Positions 51,466 to 55,268 of a stretch of 55,268 nt of DNA are shown here, piece after piece. Under the pieces are notes generated by a model that had not been told where the DNA came from, searched no databases, and saw nothing but the letters and a program-made list of their open reading frames with translations. The stretch comes from Planctomycetota bacterium. Its GTDB lineage: Bacteria > Planctomycetota > UBA11346. A program made the translations under genes and the position numbers. The DNA is taken from positions 1 through 55,268 of the forward strand of contig JBBQSO010000029.1 in the NCBI GenBank assembly GCA_038213805.1. Direction: 5' to 3'. The stretch's first letter is position 1. The number at the start of each line of letters is the position of its first letter.

Positions 51466-54341
51466 ACCTCTCCGCCGCCGGGACCGGCCGGCGGCGTCGC
51501 CGCTGGGGCCGGGTTGCTGACCAGGTGGCTCAGGTAGACGCGCGCGATGGTGTCGGAGAGCGTGCCGAGATCGTTGGCCAGGCCGTCGATGAAGGTCGCC
51601 AGACGCACGTTCGCGCCCTCGCCGATGGCCAGCGTCTGCGGGTCGGCGAGGCGCAGGCGCGCGACCATGCCGAAGGCAAGGCGCTCCTCGGTGCTGGGCA
51701 GGGCGCGGTCGGCCGCGCGCGGCAGGGCGGCGACGTGCTCGGCGATGGCGGCGAGCTGGAAGGCCACCGCGCGCGGATTGGTGGCGTCGGTCAGCAGCAG
51801 GTCGAGCACCGGCGCCGTCTGCAGCGTGGTGAGGTAGCGGCTGCGGTAGGTGATGGCGCTGTCGGCGACGTCGAGCGCGACCTCCAGGCCCGCGTCCACA
51901 TGGTCGGCGCCATCGGCGATCAGCGCGCGCAGCAGGTCACAGGTGAACAAGGCGCGCTCCAGGCGGCGGCCGATGTCGAGGAAGCGCCAACCCGGGCCGC
52001 GCGTGGTGTTCTCCATGCCCATCGCGGCGAGCGCGGCGAGTTCGACGACCACGCGGTTGAGCAGCACCAGGTCGTCGCCGAGCTGGGCACCCGGCGCGCG
52101 CCGGCCGAGCTGCTGATCGAGGTGGTTGACGATGCGCCAGGTGTCGTTGGACAGGCGGTCGCGCACCGCGAAGGCCGCGCGGTGCAGGCCGCGCAGCGTC
52201 GCGGGCAGCCCGCACGGCAGGGCCGGATCGTGGATCAGCGCCAGGAAGCGCGCGCCGATGTCCTGCTCGTCGTCGTCCTCGTCCTCCGCGGGCAGATGGC
52301 CGGTCTGGCGCAGCGCGCGCACCAGCGCGCCGAATTCGCGTCCGGCGAGTGAGCCCGGGTCGTCGGCAAGTCGCAGCACGCCGGCGCGCAGCAGGCGCGC
52401 GGTGTCCTCGGCGCGCTCGCCGTAGCGGCCAAGCCAATAGAGGTTGTCGGCGACGCGGCTGGGCAGGTCGATGCCGCCGCGCTTGAGCTCGACCGGTGCG
52501 CCGACCGGGCGCAGCAGGGTGACGTGCGGCACCGGACCATCGGCCAGCACCCAGGTGTCCTTGCTGCCGCCGCCACGCTGCATCGAGACGATCTGGGGCT
52601 GGCGCGATTCCGTGGCGCGCGCGCCCGGCGCCGCGGCGATGCGCGTCAGCGCCCCGGGCATCACCGCATACGCGTCTCTGGTCGCCACCGCGAAGGCGCG
52701 CAGCGTCATCGGCCGCGGGCTGAAGCCGCCGCCGGTCCACACCGGCGTGGTTGAAAGCCGCACCTGCTCCTGCGCGATGTAGGCGAACGGGCGCGCGGCG
52801 ATGCGCGCCAGCAGCGCCGTCTTCGCGGCGGACGACAGCTGATTACCGAACACCGGCTCGCCGGCCGCGCCGGCGCCGGAGATCGGCTTGATCACCAGGT
52901 GCTCAAGATTGGCCGCGACGTGGCTCAGGGTGGTGGCGACGTCCAGGCCACACCACCAGCTCGGCACCGATTCCAGGCGCAAATCCTCACCCAGCAGGTG
53001 GCGGCACAGGCGCGGCAGCAGCGGCATCCACGCCGGGTTCTGCGCCAAGCCGCTGCCCAGGGCGTTGACGATCGCGACGTTGCCGGCGCGCGCCGCCTGG
53101 ACCAGTCCGGCGACGCCCAGGGTGGAGTCGTTGCGCAGCTCGAGCGGGTCGCAGAAGTCGTCGTCGAGGCGGCGCAGCACCACATCGACCGGGTGCAGGC
53201 CGCCGAGGGTCTTGAGGAACACGCAGTCGTCGCGCACGGTCAGGTCGCCGCCCTCGACCAGGGTGTAACCGAGGTAGCGCGCCAGGTAGGCGTGCTCGAA
53301 ATAAGTCTCGTTGTACGGCCCAGGGGTGAGCAGCACGATGCGCGGGTTGTCGCGGTTGCGCGGTGCGAGCCGCACCAGGGTTTCGCGCAGGCCGACAAAG
53401 AACGAGGCCAGGCGCTGCACCCGGCACTCGCGGTAGGCCTCGGGCAGGGCGCGCGACAGCACGATGCGGTTCTCGAGCGCGTAGCCCGCGCCGGACGGCG
53501 CCTGGGCGCGGTCGGCGAGCGCGCGCCAGCGGCCGTCGCCGCCGCGCACCAGGTCGGCGCCGTAGAGGTGCAGGCGGTGGCCGCCGGGCACGCGCAGCTC
53601 GTGGCACGCGCGCAGGAAGCCGGGATGGGCGAAGACCGCGGCCGGCGGCAGCAGCCCCTCGCGCAGCAGGCGCTGCGGCCCGTAGCAGTCGGCGAGGATG
53701 AGGTCGAGCAGGTGCGCGCGCTGCGCCAGCCCGAGCGCGACCCCCTCCCACTCGCGCGCCGGGATCACCTCGGGGATGGCGTCGAGCTGCCACGGCCGGT
53801 CGAGCCCCTGCGGGTCGCCGTAGACGTTGTAGGTGACGCCGTTCTCGCGGATCAGGCGCAGAGCGTGTTCCCAGCGACCGGCCAGGGCGGCGGGGCCGAG
53901 GCGCTCGAGCTCGCCGGTCAGGCCGCGCCAGTGCGGGCGCAGCTCGCCCTGGGCGTCGCGCAGCTCGTCCCAGCCCTCGGGCGGCGCATACCCGTCCAAC
54001 AGCTTCGCGGCCGTGCCCGACGGCGGCGACAGCGGATGCATGCGCTGCTGGCTCTGCAGGTGGGCCTGCGGCTGGGGCTGCGGGTGCTGCTGGGGATGCT
54101 GATGCTGGTACTGCTGCTGAGGGTGCTGGTGCTGGTGCTGCGACGGCAGGTTGGGCGGCGGCTGCTGCGCCGGTGGGGGCATGGTGGTCAGCGGCGGGAG
54201 AGGCGGCAGCGGCGCGCCGGGTCCGGACGGTGGCTGCGACGGCGCACCGTCGGACTGGTCATGCTGAACGGCATCCATGCAGCGCCCAGGGTCGTCACCG
54301 TCCTTGGGGCGGTCAACGGGCAGCAGCGGTCCGCTGGCCAT
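51462..54341 (-). CDS. Circularly permuted type 2 ATP-grasp protein fused to alpha-E domain
   Basis: NGVTY, QAPSGAGYALENR, LLTPGPYNETYFEHAYLARYLG, GGGSKD.WV, LPSRVADNLYWLGRY.ERAE, GRRLER. Confidence 0.92.
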   Translation of the reverse strand: MASGPLLPVDRPKDGDDPGRCMDAVQHDQSDGAPSQPPSGPGAPLPPLPPLTTMPPPAQQPPPNLPSQHQHQHPQQQYQHQHPQQHPQPQPQAHLQSQQRMHPLSPPSGTAAKLLDGYAPPEGWDELRDAQGELRPHWRGLTGELERLGPAALAGRWEHALRLIRENGVTYNVYGDPQGLDRPWQLDAIPEVIPAREWEGVALGLAQRAHLLDLILADCYGPQRLLREGLLPPAAVFAHPGFLRACHELRVPGGHRLHLYGADLVRGGDGRWRALADRAQAPSGAGYALENRIVLSRALPEAYRECRVQRLASFFVGLRETLVRLAPRNRDNPRIVLLTPGPYNETYFEHAYLARYLGYTLVEGGDLTVRDDCVFLKTLGGLHPVDVVLRRLDDDFCDPLELRNDSTLGVAGLVQAARAGNVAIVNALGSGLAQNPAWMPLLPRLCRHLLGEDLRLESVPSWWCGLDVATTLSHVAANLEHLVIKPISGAGAAGEPVFGNQLSSAAKTALLARIAARPFAYIAQEQVRLSTTPVWTGGGFSPRPMTLRAFAVATRDAYAVMPGALTRIAAAPGARATESRQPQIVSMQRGGGSKDTWVLADGPVPHVTLLRPVGAPVELKRGGIDLPSRVADNLYWLGRYGERAEDTARLLRAGVLRLADDPGSLAGREFGALVRALRQTGHLPAEDEDDDEQDIGARFLALIHDPALPCGLPATLRGLHRAAFAVRDRLSNDTWRIVNHLDQQLGRRAPGAQLGDDLVLLNRVVVELAALAAMGMENTTRGPGWRFLDIGRRLERALFTCDLLRALIADGADHVDAGLEVALDVADSAITYRSRYLTTLQTAPVLDLLLTDATNPRAVAFQLAAIAEHVAALPRAADRALPSTEERLAFGMVARLRLADPQTLAIGEGANVRLATFIDGLANDLGTLSDTIARVYLSHLVSNPAPAATPPAGPGGGEV

Positions 54342-54344
54342 GGC

Positions 54345-55268
54345 TCAGCCCCTGGTCTGGCGCAGGTCGAGCGTGAAGGGGAACTCCGGATCGCGCGCCG
54401 GCGCGATGCCGGTGACCAGGTGGCGATAGCCGGTCGAGCCCGGCGAGTGCCGGTTGTTGCTGAAACGCGCGTGGCGGCGCGCCTCGGCAGCGTTGGCGTT
54501 GACCGGGAACTGCGGGTAGTTGCGCCCGCCCGGATGGTCGACGTGGTAGGTGCAGCCCGCGACCACCTGCTTGTTCCAGGTATCGACCAGGTCGAAGACC
54601 AGCGGCGCGTGCGCAGCGATGGTCGGGTGCAGGCACGAGGGCGGCAGATTGGTGCGGAAACGGACCCCGGCCACGAACTCGGTCGCGGTGCCGGTGGGAT
54701 GCAGCGGCAGCGGCACGCCGTTGCAGGCGACCACGTGGCGGTCGCCGGTCATGCCCAGCACCTTGACCTGCATGCGCTCCAGCGACGAGTCGACGTAGCG
54801 CGAGGTGCCGCCGGCCGAGGCCTCCTCGCCAAGCACGTGCCACGGCTCGAGCGCGCCGCGCAGCTCGAAGTGGATGCCGCGGTGGGCGAACTCGCCGTAG
54901 CGCGGGAAGCGGAATTCGACGTGCGGCGCGAACCACTCCGGCTTGAAGCCGTATCCGGCGCCGCCGAGGTCGGCCAGGACGTCGTTGAAATCCAGCTCCA
55001 GGAAGTGGGGCAGCATGAAGCGGTCCTGCAGCTGCATGCCCCAGCGCGCCAGCTTCTGCTTGTACGGCTGCTGCCAGAACTGCGCGACCAGGCCGCGCAG
55101 CAGCAGCTGGCTGGCCAGGCTCATGCGCGCGTGCGGCGGCATCTCGAAGGCGCGCAGTTCCAGCAGGCCGAGGCGGCCGGTGGCCGAGTCCGGCATGTAG
55201 AGCTTGTCGATCGAGAACTGCGTGCGGTGGGTGTTGCCGGTGACGTCGACCAGCACGTGGCGCAGGAT
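54345..55268 (-). CDS. DUF2126 transglutaminase/amidoligase-like protein, C-terminal part (5'-truncated)
   Basis: LVDVTGNTHR, GRLGLLELRAFEMPPH, ALEPWHVLGEE, RYVDSS.ER, HPGGRNY..FPVN...AEARR, EFPFTLDLR. Confidence 0.9.
   Translation of the reverse strand: MLRHVLVDVTGNTHRTQFSIDKLYMPDSATGRLGLLELRAFEMPPHARMSLASQLLLRGLVAQFWQQPYKQKLARWGMQLQDRFMLPHFLELDFNDVLADLGGAGYGFKPEWFAPHVEFRFPRYGEFAHRGIHFELRGALEPWHVLGEEASAGGTSRYVDSSLERMQVKVLGMTGDRHVVACNGVPLPLHPTGTATEFVAGVRFRTNLPPSCLHPTIAAHAPLVFDLVDTWNKQVVAGCTYHVDHPGGRNYPQFPVNANAAEARRHARFSNNRHSPGSTGYRHLVTGIAPARDPEFPFTLDLRQTRG

Overview
High-GC (roughly 70% by eye) bacterial chromosomal segment, probably Planctomycetota/PVC (inferred from gene content such as YdjY-like, DUF1844 and DUF1611 proteins; not proven). 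It holds about 48 mostly housekeeping CDSs: pyrD, pilT/MshEN/pilB, smpB, purA, uppS, HtrA, hisF, sixA, VKOR-Trx, radA, orphan DNA MTase, cdsA, guaB, guaA, cysK, split class I fumarate hydratase, cysQ-like, thrS, fabV, ilvBN, rlmN, purE, yidC, mnmE, iscS-like, and a transglutaminase/circularly permuted ATP-grasp/alpha-E operon. I saw no rRNA, tRNA, CRISPR or transposase. The striking feature is intergenic. About 17 gaps carry cassettes built from short tandem repeats (7-8 nt units, at least 5 sequence families), usually as two inverted arms around an unrelated 50-200 nt spacer and often overlapping the neighbouring stop codons. One cassette, between guaB and guaA, encloses a four-helix-bundle (23S-IVS/Avd-like) gene, while sister cassettes with the same arms (after HtrA; between ilvB and ilvN) are empty. 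A GACAGCC heptamer recurs at arm boundaries across families. Together these suggest an uncharacterised repeat-bounded mobile or RNA-processing cassette system with filled and empty members. All annotation was by eye, without database searches.
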